Source: Candidatus Neomicrothrix sp. UBA6944 (GTDB lineage Bacteria > Actinomycetota > Acidimicrobiia > Acidimicrobiales > Poriferisodalaceae). Taken from it: 64,000 nucleotides of DNA. The stretch is from positions 22,179 through 86,178 of the forward strand of contig DJZU01000095.1 in NCBI GenBank assembly GCA_002448715.1, written 5' to 3'. The notes below the pieces were generated by a model. The model was not told the origin of the DNA and did not search any database. It saw only the letters and a program-made list of their open reading frames with translations. Position numbers and translations under genes: made by a program. Of the stretch, positions 9,591-19,710 are shown one piece after another; the first letter of the stretch is position 1; each line of letters starts with the position of its first letter.

Positions 9591-12116
9591 TCAAGCCTTC
9601 ATCCGACCGTTGTCAGGGTCAAACACTGCCAGATTCGCCCCGGTCGCCTCCACTGTTACCGGATACAGCTCGTTTTGATACATAACCTGGAGCTTCGTTC
9701 CCCGATCACAAGCTTCGATGGGGAGATACGCCATCAGTAGATATTTACCGACCGAAGGTGCGTTTCCGGCCGTAGTTACTCGGCTCACTCGGCCTTTGGC
9801 ATCAACGAGACGTTCACCGGAGAGTGACAGGACTGGTTCGTTCCCGGCTCCCATAGGGAACCGCAAGTAGCCGGCCTCGCAATTAAGATCGTCTATGGAC
9901 AAGACGCAGAGTTGCGCACACAGGTCTGAATCTCGTGCCTTTAAGTATTCCGCCTTGCCGATGAAGTCTGCGGCCTTGACCTTTGGTCGAGCTAACCCTG
10001 CCTCGACGGGGTTGTATTCGTTTTCAAGTTCTGCGCCCATCAGTCGGTAACCCTTCTCCAGCCGGCCACTCGTCCCGTATACGGCTGCCCCCACCGGGCG
10101 AAGGTCACATGCGCCTCCGACTTCCATGATGGCGTCCCAGAGTGCCTGGCCGTGCTGCATCGCAGCGTAGATCTCGAATCCGCTATCACCGACGTAGGAG
10201 ACTCTAAACATTTCCGTCGGAAGGCCGGCCAACAGAACCTGCTGACAGGAACCGTAGGGAAATGCTGCTTGGTTGAGGTCTGTTTCAGTAATAGTGGCAA
10301 GTACTTCGACCGCCTTAGGCCCCCAAAGACCCAACGTGCAGATGGCATTTGTCCGATTTTCAAATTGGACGGACCCATCTCCGGGAAGATTATGGCGGAA
10401 CCAATACTCATCTCGGCCACCGTCGAAGGCGCCAGTGATAATACGAAAGCGACTCTCGGTAAGCCTCAGGATCGTTAGATCGGACCGGAAACCGCCTGAT
10501 GGGTTGAGCACTGGGGTGTAAATCGACCCGCCCACAGCCACGTCACATTTATTTACCACCATGTGTTCGATGTAGGGAAGAACTCCCGGACCTGAGACCT
10601 CAAAAATCTGAAAGGCCGAAAGGTCAACAATGCCAACGTGATCTCGCAGGTGGAGATGTTCTGCGTCCGAGATCGGGGACCACCACCGGCTATCCCACTC
10701 GTGCTGTCGCCCCTGTATCCCATAGGCATCTACTAAGTCTTGATTCGACTCATACCAGTGTGGGCGTTCCCAGCCTCCTGCCTCAAAATAGAACGCGTCA
10801 AGAGCGTCTGTTCGGGACTTGACTGGCCCAACGGTGACATCGCGTCGGCTGGCCCATTGCTCGCGTGGGTGCACAATCCCGTAGGTCTTGTTGAAATGCT
10901 CGTCGCATCGGGCCTCGATGTGGTGAACGTTCCGCTGGTGGGGGTAGAAGCGAGCGATATCGGCTCCGTGGGGATCAGTGAAATGTGGGTACCCGTCAGT
11001 CATCCACTCAGCAACAAGACGTCCGACGCCGGGTCCTTCTTTGATCCAGACTGCTGCAGCGGACCACAGGTTTTCCACCTCGACGGTGGGCCCGAGGACG
11101 GGATTCGCATCGGGCGTAAGAGAAAGAAGTCCATTGATGGCGTATTTGATCTCACCATCACCAAGAAACTCCATTAGCTCTATTGCTTCTTCCATCTGTT
11201 GGTCGAAGTCATCCGCAGTGAAGGGCATTTCGGTGGGACTCAACGCAGCTTCCTCATTTGAAGGGATCTCGTCTACCCGGTGAAGAATTGGCCGATGTGC
11301 GTAGGAGCCGACCTCCATGGACCCTGCGGTTTGGCGTTCGTAACAGAAGGTGTCCATGTCGCGCACTATTGGATAGGCCAACTCTTGCTGTGTTTCAACC
11401 AGTACGTCGAATGGCCCGACGTCGGCCATCTGATGAACCGCAGGTGTCAACGGGATCGTAGCTCCTGCCATCTCAGCAAGGCGCGGGCTCCAGACACCGC
11501 ATGCGATGACCACCGTTTCGCATTCGATCCTCCCCTTGTCGGTGAGAACAGCAGTGATCTTCGGCTTGTTGGTTCCGTGGGCCGTCTCGATGTCAATAAC
11601 TTCCGTATTGGCAAAGACCTCTAAATGGCCGGCTTCTTGGGCCTTTTTGCGCATTTGAGTGCCCGTTTCTAACGAGTCGACGGCGCTTACGCTCGGGGTG
11701 TAGAAGCCGCCCAAAATTACGTCTTCCGAAATAAAGGGCACCAGGTCCTTGACCTCCGCAGGGCTGAGTAAGGTCGACGGAATTCCCCAACATTTAGCCG
11801 AGGTCATTCGGCGTTTGAACTCTTCCATCCGTTCTTCTGAGCGCGCTACTTCGATTCCTCCACAGGTGTTTTGGAGGCCGAGCTTTTCGTACTGCCGTTG
11901 GCTCTCCAGTGTCAGATCGACTATTTCCTTTGAGTGATCGCACGGGAAAATGAAGTTGGATGCGTGTCCCGTGGAGCCGCCCGGATTCGGCAAGGGACCT
12001 TTGTCGAGAAGCACGATGTCTTCCCACCCCATATCACTGAGGTGCCCGACCAAGCAGTTGCCCACTATCCCGGCGCCGATTACAACACAGCGGGCTCTCG
12101 ATGGAAATTCGCTCAC
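9591..12116 (-). CDS. Dimethylglycine/sarcosine dehydrogenase-like protein (FAD oxidoreductase fused to GcvT THF-binding domain)
   Basis: VVIGAGIVG FAD motif, GGSTGHAS (covalent-FAD His position), GWERPHWY, DLS, RVSYVGDSGFEI, RLEKGYR. GTG 12116 has an AAGGA RBS. Co-oriented with etfBA. Confidence 0.88.
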   Translation of the reverse strand: MSEFPSRARCVVIGAGIVGNCLVGHLSDMGWEDIVLLDKGPLPNPGGSTGHASNFIFPCDHSKEIVDLTLESQRQYEKLGLQNTCGGIEVARSEERMEEFKRRMTSAKCWGIPSTLLSPAEVKDLVPFISEDVILGGFYTPSVSAVDSLETGTQMRKKAQEAGHLEVFANTEVIDIETAHGTNKPKITAVLTDKGRIECETVVIACGVWSPRLAEMAGATIPLTPAVHQMADVGPFDVLVETQQELAYPIVRDMDTFCYERQTAGSMEVGSYAHRPILHRVDEIPSNEEAALSPTEMPFTADDFDQQMEEAIELMEFLGDGEIKYAINGLLSLTPDANPVLGPTVEVENLWSAAAVWIKEGPGVGRLVAEWMTDGYPHFTDPHGADIARFYPHQRNVHHIEARCDEHFNKTYGIVHPREQWASRRDVTVGPVKSRTDALDAFYFEAGGWERPHWYESNQDLVDAYGIQGRQHEWDSRWWSPISDAEHLHLRDHVGIVDLSAFQIFEVSGPGVLPYIEHMVVNKCDVAVGGSIYTPVLNPSGGFRSDLTILRLTESRFRIITGAFDGGRDEYWFRHNLPGDGSVQFENRTNAICTLGLWGPKAVEVLATITETDLNQAAFPYGSCQQVLLAGLPTEMFRVSYVGDSGFEIYAAMQHGQALWDAIMEVGGACDLRPVGAAVYGTSGRLEKGYRLMGAELENEYNPVEAGLARPKVKAADFIGKAEYLKARDSDLCAQLCVLSIDDLNCEAGYLRFPMGAGNEPVLSLSGERLVDAKGRVSRVTTAGNAPSVGKYLLMAYLPIEACDRGTKLQVMYQNELYPVTVEATGANLAVFDPDNGRMKA

Positions 12117-12233
12117 TCTCAATCCTTTAGTTACGCAAAAGCAGTAGTCGGAGGCTAGCTCTTACGGGCATCCCTTAGGCAACAAGAAGCTCTCTGCCCG
12201 CGCTTTAGACCAAGGACCTGCCTGAACCGCGAA

Positions 12234-12266
12234 TTCTGTATGATGGAACAATTCCGTACAGTGAAA
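12234..12266. promoter_or_regulatory. Tandem 15-bp imperfect palindromes, candidate IclR operators
   Basis: TTCTGTATGATGGAA (12234-12248) and TTCCGTACAGTGAAA (12252-12266) in the divergent region between the dehydrogenase and fhs; resemble the box at 7028-7042. Confidence 0.5.
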
Positions 12267-12350
12267 CAGTATTGGGCCCAGGGTCACACTGTTCAAGGAA
12301 CGTTTCTGGTCCCGTCCTCAGGCGTGACAGTTATGGGAGAGGTGAGCTCC

Positions 12351-14048
12351 ATGTCGATACCAAGCGATCTGGAAATCGCTAGCCAAGCACAGTTGCGGCC
12401 TTTGAGTGACGTCGCGTCCTCAATGGGGATTCCGCTGGACAATCTGGAGCTATACGGAACCGGGTCCGCGAAGATTCAACTAGAAGCAATTGAAGAGCTT
12501 TCCCAGCGGCCAACTGCGAAATACGTGGTGGTGTCTGCTATTACTCCGACGCCGCTTGGAGAGGGAAAGACCACTACGACGGTCGGGCTAGGGCAGGCTT
12601 TTAGCCACATCGGTAAATCCGCGACGATAGCGATCCGTCAACCGTCTATGGGACCCACCTTTGGGATAAAGGGCGGAGCGGCCGGTGGCGGCTACAGCCA
12701 GGTTGTACCGATGGAACTGTTCAATCTTCACTTAACCGGCGACATGCACGCTGTGACTGCCGCCCACAACATGTGCGCTGCCGTGTTGGATGCGCATCTT
12801 TTCCACGGCAATCAACTCGGTCTTGACCTCCACAACATCACTTGGCGACGCGTCCTTGATGTCAATGACCGGGCTTTGCGAAACGTGACTCTCGGGCTTG
12901 GCGGTCGCCTTGACGGCATCCCTCGCGAGAGCGGATTTGATATCACCGCAGCCTCGGAAGTAATGGCGGCGTTGGCGCTTGCGACATCGCTACAAGATCT
13001 TCGCCAAAAGATGGGCAACATCGTCGTCGGCTACACCAAGGACAACACGCCTGTAACCGCAGAAGATCTCGGTGTCGCTGGCGCCATGACAGTCATCCTA
13101 AAAGAGGCCGTTAAACCGAACCTTATGCAGACCCTTGAAGGCACGCCGGCGTTAGTACACACGGGACCCTTTGGAAACATAGCGACTGGTAACTCTTCCA
13201 TCGTTGCTGATCAGATCGGCATCAAGTCTGGTGACTTCCTCTTGACCGAAGCTGGTTTCGGCGCTGATATGGGCGCTGAACGATTTTTCAACATCAAATG
13301 CCGCTACTCAGGGTTAAATCCAGATGCCGCTGTTCTTGTTGCCACTGTGAGGGGACTCAAAGCCCATTCCGGTAAACACAAGATTGTGGCTGGGCGACCA
13401 TTGCCTGGGGCCCTCCTGCAGGAGAATCCAGATGAGGTTCACGCCGGCGGTGACAATTTACGTAAACAATTGGAGAATATGCAGATCCATGGAGTTACTC
13501 CAGTAGTCGCAATCAACACCTTCCCAGATGACAAAGAGAAGGATCTTCAAGCGATAGTCGAGATCGCCGAGGAATACGGGGCTCGCTCTGCAAGATGTAC
13601 GCACTTTGCAGATGGCGGCATTGGTGCGACGACCCTCGCTGAAGCCGTCGACGAGGCAGCCTCGGAACCGAGTTCATTTGCTCCGCTCTATGAGGACGCC
13701 CTCCCGTTACGCGACAAAATAACGACAGTTGCCCAGCGCATCTATGGCGCGCAAGGCGTGTCGTTCAGTTCCAAAGCCAACAAACAGCTCGATAACTATG
13801 AGGCAAATGGGTTCGGCAATCTGCCGGTCTGTGTCGCCAAAACGCATCTCTCGATTTCTTCGGACCCGAAGCTTCTCGGTGCGCCCACCGGATGGACTCT
13901 TCCAGTGCGCGAAGTACGGGCATCAGTCGGCGCGGGTTTTGTGTACCCAATTTGTGGTGACATGAGGACCATGCCTGGATTGGGAAAAAGTCCCGCGGCC
14001 CACCAAATTGATATCGACGGCGACGGAAATGTCGTCGGTTTAAGCTGA
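12351..14048 (+). CDS. fhs: Formate--tetrahydrofolate ligase
   Basis: SDLEIA start, TPTPLGEGKTTT, IKGGAAGGGYSQV, HTGPFGNIA, TEAGFGADMGAERF, TMPGL. Confidence 0.97.
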   Translation: MSIPSDLEIASQAQLRPLSDVASSMGIPLDNLELYGTGSAKIQLEAIEELSQRPTAKYVVVSAITPTPLGEGKTTTTVGLGQAFSHIGKSATIAIRQPSMGPTFGIKGGAAGGGYSQVVPMELFNLHLTGDMHAVTAAHNMCAAVLDAHLFHGNQLGLDLHNITWRRVLDVNDRALRNVTLGLGGRLDGIPRESGFDITAASEVMAALALATSLQDLRQKMGNIVVGYTKDNTPVTAEDLGVAGAMTVILKEAVKPNLMQTLEGTPALVHTGPFGNIATGNSSIVADQIGIKSGDFLLTEAGFGADMGAERFFNIKCRYSGLNPDAAVLVATVRGLKAHSGKHKIVAGRPLPGALLQENPDEVHAGGDNLRKQLENMQIHGVTPVVAINTFPDDKEKDLQAIVEIAEEYGARSARCTHFADGGIGATTLAEAVDEAASEPSSFAPLYEDALPLRDKITTVAQRIYGAQGVSFSSKANKQLDNYEANGFGNLPVCVAKTHLSISSDPKLLGAPTGWTLPVREVRASVGAGFVYPICGDMRTMPGLGKSPAAHQIDIDGDGNVVGLS

Positions 14049-14057
14049 GGGAGTGCG

Positions 14058-14927
14058 GTGTCGGTCTTCCCGAGCAAGGAACTGCCAGGCGACAAGGCCC
14101 ACCGCCGTGAGCTACTGGATCGAGCCCGCTTTGAGGTGATCCCTTTAAAGAATCTTACGAACCAGCTCCCCTTTCTGCCGCCCGGCACGGAGGTATCGGT
14201 CACCGCGTCTCCCGCAAAGACACTTGAGGACACTTGGTCGCTGAGCCGTGATTTGTTCGAAATGGGGATGAAACCGATTCCCCATTTGGCGGCCCGAATG
14301 ATCACGAGTCGAAATCAGCTTCGGATGTTGATTGAGCAGTTACCCGATATCGGGGCCTCAGAAATATTTCTGGTTGCCGGCGACGCGCCGGAGCCGTTCG
14401 GGCCGTTTACCGATTCCCTGCAAGCGCTCGAAACCATTCTCGAGTTAAACCATGGACTGACCCATATTGGGGTCAGTGCATATCCCGATGGCCACTCCCT
14501 CATTGATTCACGGGTGCTTTCGGAGAGCCTCCACAAAAAGGAGGCGTTTCTGCAAGCCAGCGACATCGAAGGGCATGCAGCGACCCAAATGTGCTTCGAT
14601 CCAAGCACCATTCGTAGCTGGCTTTCCGAAGAGCGCAAGGGCGGGCTGGCTTTACCAGTGCATTTGGGCATCCCAGGAGTCGTTGAGCGCACGAAGTTGC
14701 TGTCAGTCGGCGCAAAGCTAGGGGTCGGAGCCTCGCTACGTTTCCTCAAGAAAAATCGTGCAACCCTGACGCGGATGTTCGCTCCAGGTGGATATAACCC
14801 CGACAAGCTCCTGGGGCCGCTAAATCCTGATCTCAAACAACTCGGAGTCGAAGGGCTACACGTTTTCACGTTTAATCAGGTGCAAAGCACGGTCGCTTGG
14901 CGCGCGCAGGCACTTGCCCGAAGTTGA
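14058..14927 (+). CDS. metF: Methylenetetrahydrofolate reductase
   Basis: RFEVIP, PHLAAR, VAGD, AYPDGH, TQMCFD, GLHVFTFN. Confidence 0.88.
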   Translation: MSVFPSKELPGDKAHRRELLDRARFEVIPLKNLTNQLPFLPPGTEVSVTASPAKTLEDTWSLSRDLFEMGMKPIPHLAARMITSRNQLRMLIEQLPDIGASEIFLVAGDAPEPFGPFTDSLQALETILELNHGLTHIGVSAYPDGHSLIDSRVLSESLHKKEAFLQASDIEGHAATQMCFDPSTIRSWLSEERKGGLALPVHLGIPGVVERTKLLSVGAKLGVGASLRFLKKNRATLTRMFAPGGYNPDKLLGPLNPDLKQLGVEGLHVFTFNQVQSTVAWRAQALARS

Positions 14928-14945
14928 ATTTCTAACAGATGGGGG

Positions 14946-16160
14946 TTACTCGGCCCCCAACACGTCTATGCGTAGAACGTGCTCAAGGTTTTGTAAGGAG
15001 TTTATGGTCGAAGCCGTCGGTGTTTGGGACACTCGGATCGTAGCCATGGCCGCTGTCGGCCCATCGCCCTGAAAGATCTCGTTACGCATCTGTTGAACAT
15101 TTATGCCGGCACTACGGAGACAAGACAGAACGCCTGCCAGGACACCAACCTCGTCGCGGTGGCGAACCGCTATTGCGCACTCCCCTAGCGGTCGGCTGGC
15201 GATATTGACGCAATTTTGCGGAAGGCCGAGTTCGTATTCTCTAATGGTGTCTAAGACACCGTTGGCGATCGCTTCCCGCGCCTGGCTGGTTGAGGCGCCA
15301 ATATGATGAGTTCCCACAAAGTTTGGGTGGCCACTAAAAGGCGACCTCCAATCTGTGGTACCAGCTTTGGGTTCCGACACATATACGTCCAAACCAACGC
15401 GAATTTCACGTTCGTTCATAGCTTTTAGAAGGTCCTGTTCGTTGACAAGACCCCCACGAGAAGTGTTGATCAACATGGCGCCCGGATGCATGTCGCTGAG
15501 AAAGTCGCCGTTGACTAGATTCTGCGTGTCCGCAGTTAGAGGAAGGTGAAGAGTAACAATATCGGCAGCGCCGAGTAGCTCTTCCCGAGTCTGGTGCATC
15601 TGAACTTCCAAATCCTCAATTTTTTGTTCAGTTGTGGCGTCCCGATGCGTGCTTGCGAGGGCATGAAGGGAAAGTCCGAATCCTTTTGCTCGAGTGGCTA
15701 CCTCTAGCCCTATGTTTCCGAGACCAAATATCGCCAACGCTTGACCCTTCAGGCCGCGCGCCTGCGAGTACCGCTCCTTGTTCCAAACGCCGGTACCGAA
15801 ATCAGCATTGGCTGCTGGGATCTGGCGATCGATCGCGATGATCAACCCCATAGTCAATTCGGCGACAGCTACGGCGTTTTGTCCGGGCACGTTACACACG
15901 TAGATTCCGGCCGCGCTTGCCGCGTCGACGTCAATAGTGTCGGTACCTGCTCCTGCTCGAATGATCAGCCCGAGTTGCGGTGCCGCTGAGATCACATCGG
16001 CGTTGACAACGGAGCTTCTAACAACGATAACGTCAGCGCGTTCGACGTTACTGACAAGGTTTTCACGCTCTACCGATGAGAGGGACGTGCAGCTATGGCC
16101 CAGTGCCTCAAGCTCTGCAACGAAGCCGTCTTCGGCCGAATCCACAAGGACTATCTGCAC
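14946..16160 (-). CDS. serA: D-3-phosphoglycerate dehydrogenase-like protein with C-terminal ACT domain
   Basis: RAGAGTDTID, NAVAVAEL, GLGNIG, INTSRG, HHIGAST; ACT domain HRDEVGVLA. Confidence 0.8.
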   Translation of the reverse strand: MQIVLVDSAEDGFVAELEALGHSCTSLSSVERENLVSNVERADVIVVRSSVVNADVISAAPQLGLIIRAGAGTDTIDVDAASAAGIYVCNVPGQNAVAVAELTMGLIIAIDRQIPAANADFGTGVWNKERYSQARGLKGQALAIFGLGNIGLEVATRAKGFGLSLHALASTHRDATTEQKIEDLEVQMHQTREELLGAADIVTLHLPLTADTQNLVNGDFLSDMHPGAMLINTSRGGLVNEQDLLKAMNEREIRVGLDVYVSEPKAGTTDWRSPFSGHPNFVGTHHIGASTSQAREAIANGVLDTIREYELGLPQNCVNIASRPLGECAIAVRHRDEVGVLAGVLSCLRSAGINVQQMRNEIFQGDGPTAAMATIRVSQTPTASTINSLQNLEHVLRIDVLGAE

Positions 16161-16218
16161 AGCAACCCTATGGGGCTAGTTACTGACTCTGTGCAGTCGC
16201 GCAAAGCGGCGTGGTATG

Positions 16219-16539
16219 TCATGTCACTAACTCACGGACGTCACCCACCACTAGGAGCAGAAGGAGTACAACAACCGAAACGTTGATGACGGTCATTGGC
16301 CATTTCCATTTACGATCACCGCTCCAAAATCGGTGGATGCTTAGAAGGTTCGCTCCTATAGCCACGAGACCAAGAGTAAGGCCAAGCCATGGCCCGACAC
16401 CAGTCCCCACACCTGCCAAAGGAGCTAGGAAAGGCAGAATCACGTAGGTGAGTCCGCAGCGAATTCCAGAGATGACCATGGATACGCTGAAGGTTCTGGT
16501 TTCAGCCTCTGACATTGAGGCCACAACTGCTTTGCTCAT
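16219..16539 (-). CDS. Small membrane protein, about 3 TM helices
   Basis: Hydrophobic segments; ISGIRCGLTYVILP; ATGA overlap with the upstream lipid kinase gene. Confidence 0.7.
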   Translation of the reverse strand: MSKAVVASMSEAETRTFSVSMVISGIRCGLTYVILPFLAPLAGVGTGVGPWLGLTLGLVAIGANLLSIHRFWSGDRKWKWPMTVINVSVVVLLLLLVVGDVRELVT

Positions 16540-17501
16540 TTGTCGGTATCTCTAGCCTCACTCGCGGGCACATGACCAACTGATGCGCCTGCTACCCGCA
16601 GTCCTCCAGACACAACCGTAACTGTTTGTGGTAAAGAACCCACATCCTCTCCATCGGCTCGGAGGCTGCAAGTTTGGGAGGAGTCTGCATCGATGATCTG
16701 GACCTCAAACTCAGTACCGGAGATGATCTCAACCGCTGGGTGGTTGATGTGAGCGCCCTTGAAGGTCTTGGGAAGCATGCGAAGCAGCGTGAGTGCGGAA
16801 GTGTTACGGATTATGACTAAGTCAGCTGTCCCGCTTGAGGCGTGGGCATCGGGTGCTATCTGCATTCCTCCTCCAAATGCTCGGGTATTGGCAATTGCAA
16901 TCATGAGACACGTGCCAGCGATGGTGGCGTCGTCAACAGTTATCTGAAACTCGTACCGTTGAAGGCGGAGAAGTTTCGTCAAGGTAGCCACGGTGTACTT
17001 GAGTGGGCCGCGTGGCCATTTCATAGCGTCCGCTCTGATGTTGACGGCCGCCGAAAAGCCGGCCGTAGCAATTGAAGCGCCGTACCGGGTCTTGCCAGCT
17101 TCGGATTCAAATTTCAGTATGTCGCAGGGCTGAGCTGCGGTCATGGCGGCTTGTGTTGCCTCTTCGGTGTTAGTTGGCAGGTTCAGTCCCAACGCAAAGT
17201 CATTCCCGGTTCCTGCAGGCACGATTCCAAGAGTGGCCTGGGTTTCGGCGCAACCTTGAGCGACATAGTGAATAAATCCGTCGCCACCTACAGCGACTAT
17301 CCGCTTCTGTGTCGATACCGCTTCACGGACCAGGGAATCAGTGGATGCTACGTCAGGCGGCATTACATGTTGTACCCGATATCCGGCCCGTTCCAGATAG
17401 GTCTGAACCTCGTACCCTGCCGCTTCTGCTCGCCCTCGATTCGCTACAGCGTTAGTCATAAGAAGAACATCCAAATCGCATTCTGGGCGCAGTTGGCTCA
17501 T
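16536..17501 (-). CDS. Diacylglycerol/lipid kinase (YegS/BmrU family)
   Basis: GGDG, PAGTGNDFA, NTRAFGGGM, ADGE motifs. Confidence 0.92.
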   Translation of the reverse strand: MSQLRPECDLDVLLMTNAVANRGRAEAAGYEVQTYLERAGYRVQHVMPPDVASTDSLVREAVSTQKRIVAVGGDGFIHYVAQGCAETQATLGIVPAGTGNDFALGLNLPTNTEEATQAAMTAAQPCDILKFESEAGKTRYGASIATAGFSAAVNIRADAMKWPRGPLKYTVATLTKLLRLQRYEFQITVDDATIAGTCLMIAIANTRAFGGGMQIAPDAHASSGTADLVIIRNTSALTLLRMLPKTFKGAHINHPAVEIISGTEFEVQIIDADSSQTCSLRADGEDVGSLPQTVTVVSGGLRVAGASVGHVPASEARDTDK

Positions 17502-17588
17502 CTGAAGACTTTCGGTTGCTACGGTGACCTAAACGTTTTGACAACGGTCGCGTTTGATTAGGTATCTTCTAGCTCATAAGGGGTTGAA

Positions 17589-18779
17589 ATGTCGGGAGCC
17601 TTAGACGGTATACGGGTTTTAGATTTGTCAACTTTGGTGCAGGGGCCCCAAGCCGCCGCCATGTTGCATGATCTCGGCGCCGAAGTATTGAAGATAGAAC
17701 TACCAGAGATCGGTGATATGGGCCGCCATGTGGGTGTTATCGCCGATCTCGGTACATCCGTCTTTTGGGAAGCCTGTAACCGCGGAAAGCGATCAGTAAC
17801 TCTGGATCTGCGGACCGATGCTGGGCGAGAAGCATTCCTGAAGCTGGCGGAGTCGTCCGATGTTGTGCTGTCAAATTTCCAACCTGGCACCCTTGATGGC
17901 TGGGGCCTTGGGTACGAAGACCTCGCGGCAGTTAATCCTCGGATTATTTGGGCAGCGGGAAGCTTCCTCGGGCCTACGGGACCAGATGCTCTTCGAGAAG
18001 GAGCCGACATAGTCGGAGAGGCCGCTGGCGGCGTGATAGCAGGTATCGGCAATGACGGGGAGCCCGCAACGACTGTGGCATCGCTCCTTGCGGACCACTG
18101 TGGATCGCAGAACTTACAAACCGGCATTATCGCTGCTCTATACGCCCGGGAACGAACGGGTAGAGGCCAACGGGTGGATGTAAGTCTCCTTGGCGGTCAA
18201 ATTTGGATGCAGGCGCCCGAATACACGCACTATTTCCTCACCGGTGAGTTGGCCGGCCGATCCAATGGCGGCCACCCGCTTGTGCATGCTCTTTACGGGG
18301 TGTTTCCGACCGCGGATGGTGCCCTTGCAATGGCGGGATGCCCTGAGCATTTATGGGAAGGTATGTGCAGGGCGATCGAACGGCCAGACTGGGTGGAGCA
18401 CCCCACTTACAACTCTTATTTCGTGACCAAAGACATCGCAAGAGAAATGCGGAAGGATTTTATTGAAATCTTCAGCCAAAGGACCACCAACGAATGGGTG
18501 GAACGCCTGACTGCCGAGGCGCAGCGGTTTTCACCAGTGCGTTCCCACGACCAAGTTGCAGCCGATCCCCAATCGTTCGCTAACGGCTACATCGTGGAGG
18601 TTGATCATCCGCAATTCGGAAGCGTCAATTTGGTCGGTTGCCCGATTCAAATGTCCGACACTCCGACCCGATACGGCATCGAAGCGCCTCAATTAGGACA
18701 AGACACGGAAATGGTGTTAGTCGAGGCTGGCTACGACTGGGATGAACTGGAGTCACTCAGAGAACGAGGTGCTTGGTAG
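17589..18779 (+). CDS. Family III CoA-transferase (CaiB/BaiF)
   Basis: LDGIRVLDLS, LGAEVLKIE, NRGKRSVTLDL, APQLGQDT. Confidence 0.93.
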   Translation: MSGALDGIRVLDLSTLVQGPQAAAMLHDLGAEVLKIELPEIGDMGRHVGVIADLGTSVFWEACNRGKRSVTLDLRTDAGREAFLKLAESSDVVLSNFQPGTLDGWGLGYEDLAAVNPRIIWAAGSFLGPTGPDALREGADIVGEAAGGVIAGIGNDGEPATTVASLLADHCGSQNLQTGIIAALYARERTGRGQRVDVSLLGGQIWMQAPEYTHYFLTGELAGRSNGGHPLVHALYGVFPTADGALAMAGCPEHLWEGMCRAIERPDWVEHPTYNSYFVTKDIAREMRKDFIEIFSQRTTNEWVERLTAEAQRFSPVRSHDQVAADPQSFANGYIVEVDHPQFGSVNLVGCPIQMSDTPTRYGIEAPQLGQDTEMVLVEAGYDWDELESLRERGAW

Positions 18780-18793
18780 CACTTGGGTTCTGG

Positions 18794-19630
18794 CTAGCGA
18801 CAGGTGTTTTCCATTACACCGATTCCCTCAACGGTGGTTCGAATGACGTCTCCGGGCTTAAGAAAGCGTTTGTCTGGCATTCCCACACCGGCGGGAGTGC
18901 CCGTAAAAATGGTGTCACCGGGCTCCAACGTCATAATTTCCGAGAGATAGCTAACTAGGAACGGGACGTCGAAGATCAAACTGCTCGTCTGCGCGTCCTG
19001 CCGGCGATCGCCATTAATGTCGCACGTTATGTGAAGGTCATTCGGGTCCGCGAAGCTGTCCGGAGAGAGGAGCATTGGGCCAGTCGGCCCATAGCTATCT
19101 CGAGACTTTCCCAGCCCAAAGTGAGCTGGCCTGGCTGCCAATTGCAGTGCTCGATCAGAGATATCCTGCCCAACGGTCAAACCCGCAACGTATGACCACG
19201 CTTGGTCAGCTGTGATATCGCGCGTGGTTCGACCTATCACAACAACAAGCTCAGCTTCGTAGTCATTACTGTCACCGCGCAACAAGACATCGTCGAACGG
19301 GCCAGAGATACAAGATGGGTACTTGGTAAAGACAACCGGCACCGATGGAAGGTCCATCTTTGATTCTTCAGCGTGGTCCTTGTAGTTCAGCCCTACACCA
19401 AAGCTGTTCCGCGGCCTGGGTGCAGGTGCATCCACAGTGGCCTCGGAGATGACACCGTCACTTTCGTGCGATTCCAACGACGCGGCGATTGCGTGAAATT
19501 CATCATTCCTGCCTAGGGCCTCCATCGGATCAGCACTTATGGAACCCTCCGAAATTCGTTCAAGATCAAAATAGGCATCGTTTTCGACGAGACATGCTCG
19601 CCCGTCAACATTTGCAAAGCTAAATGGCAC
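18794..19630 (-). CDS. Fumarylacetoacetate hydrolase family protein
   Basis: GLNYKDH, DYEAELVVVIG, QDISDR, GDTIFTGTPAGVG. Confidence 0.93.
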   Translation of the reverse strand: MPFSFANVDGRACLVENDAYFDLERISEGSISADPMEALGRNDEFHAIAASLESHESDGVISEATVDAPAPRPRNSFGVGLNYKDHAEESKMDLPSVPVVFTKYPSCISGPFDDVLLRGDSNDYEAELVVVIGRTTRDITADQAWSYVAGLTVGQDISDRALQLAARPAHFGLGKSRDSYGPTGPMLLSPDSFADPNDLHITCDINGDRRQDAQTSSLIFDVPFLVSYLSEIMTLEPGDTIFTGTPAGVGMPDKRFLKPGDVIRTTVEGIGVMENTCR

Positions 19631-19710
19631 GGCACAACCTTCTCTTGGGCTACACCTACATAACCTAGGCCCAATGGGCGCGGACCTGATGCCTTCCGCT
19701 TATGAATCAC

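Noticed and set aside
14046..14060. fhs TGA stop is in frame with metF (possible Sec readthrough fusion)
   Set aside because: Fhs ends at its normal C-terminus (VVGLS), metF has its own GGGAG RBS, and the position is not a Cys-equivalent site.
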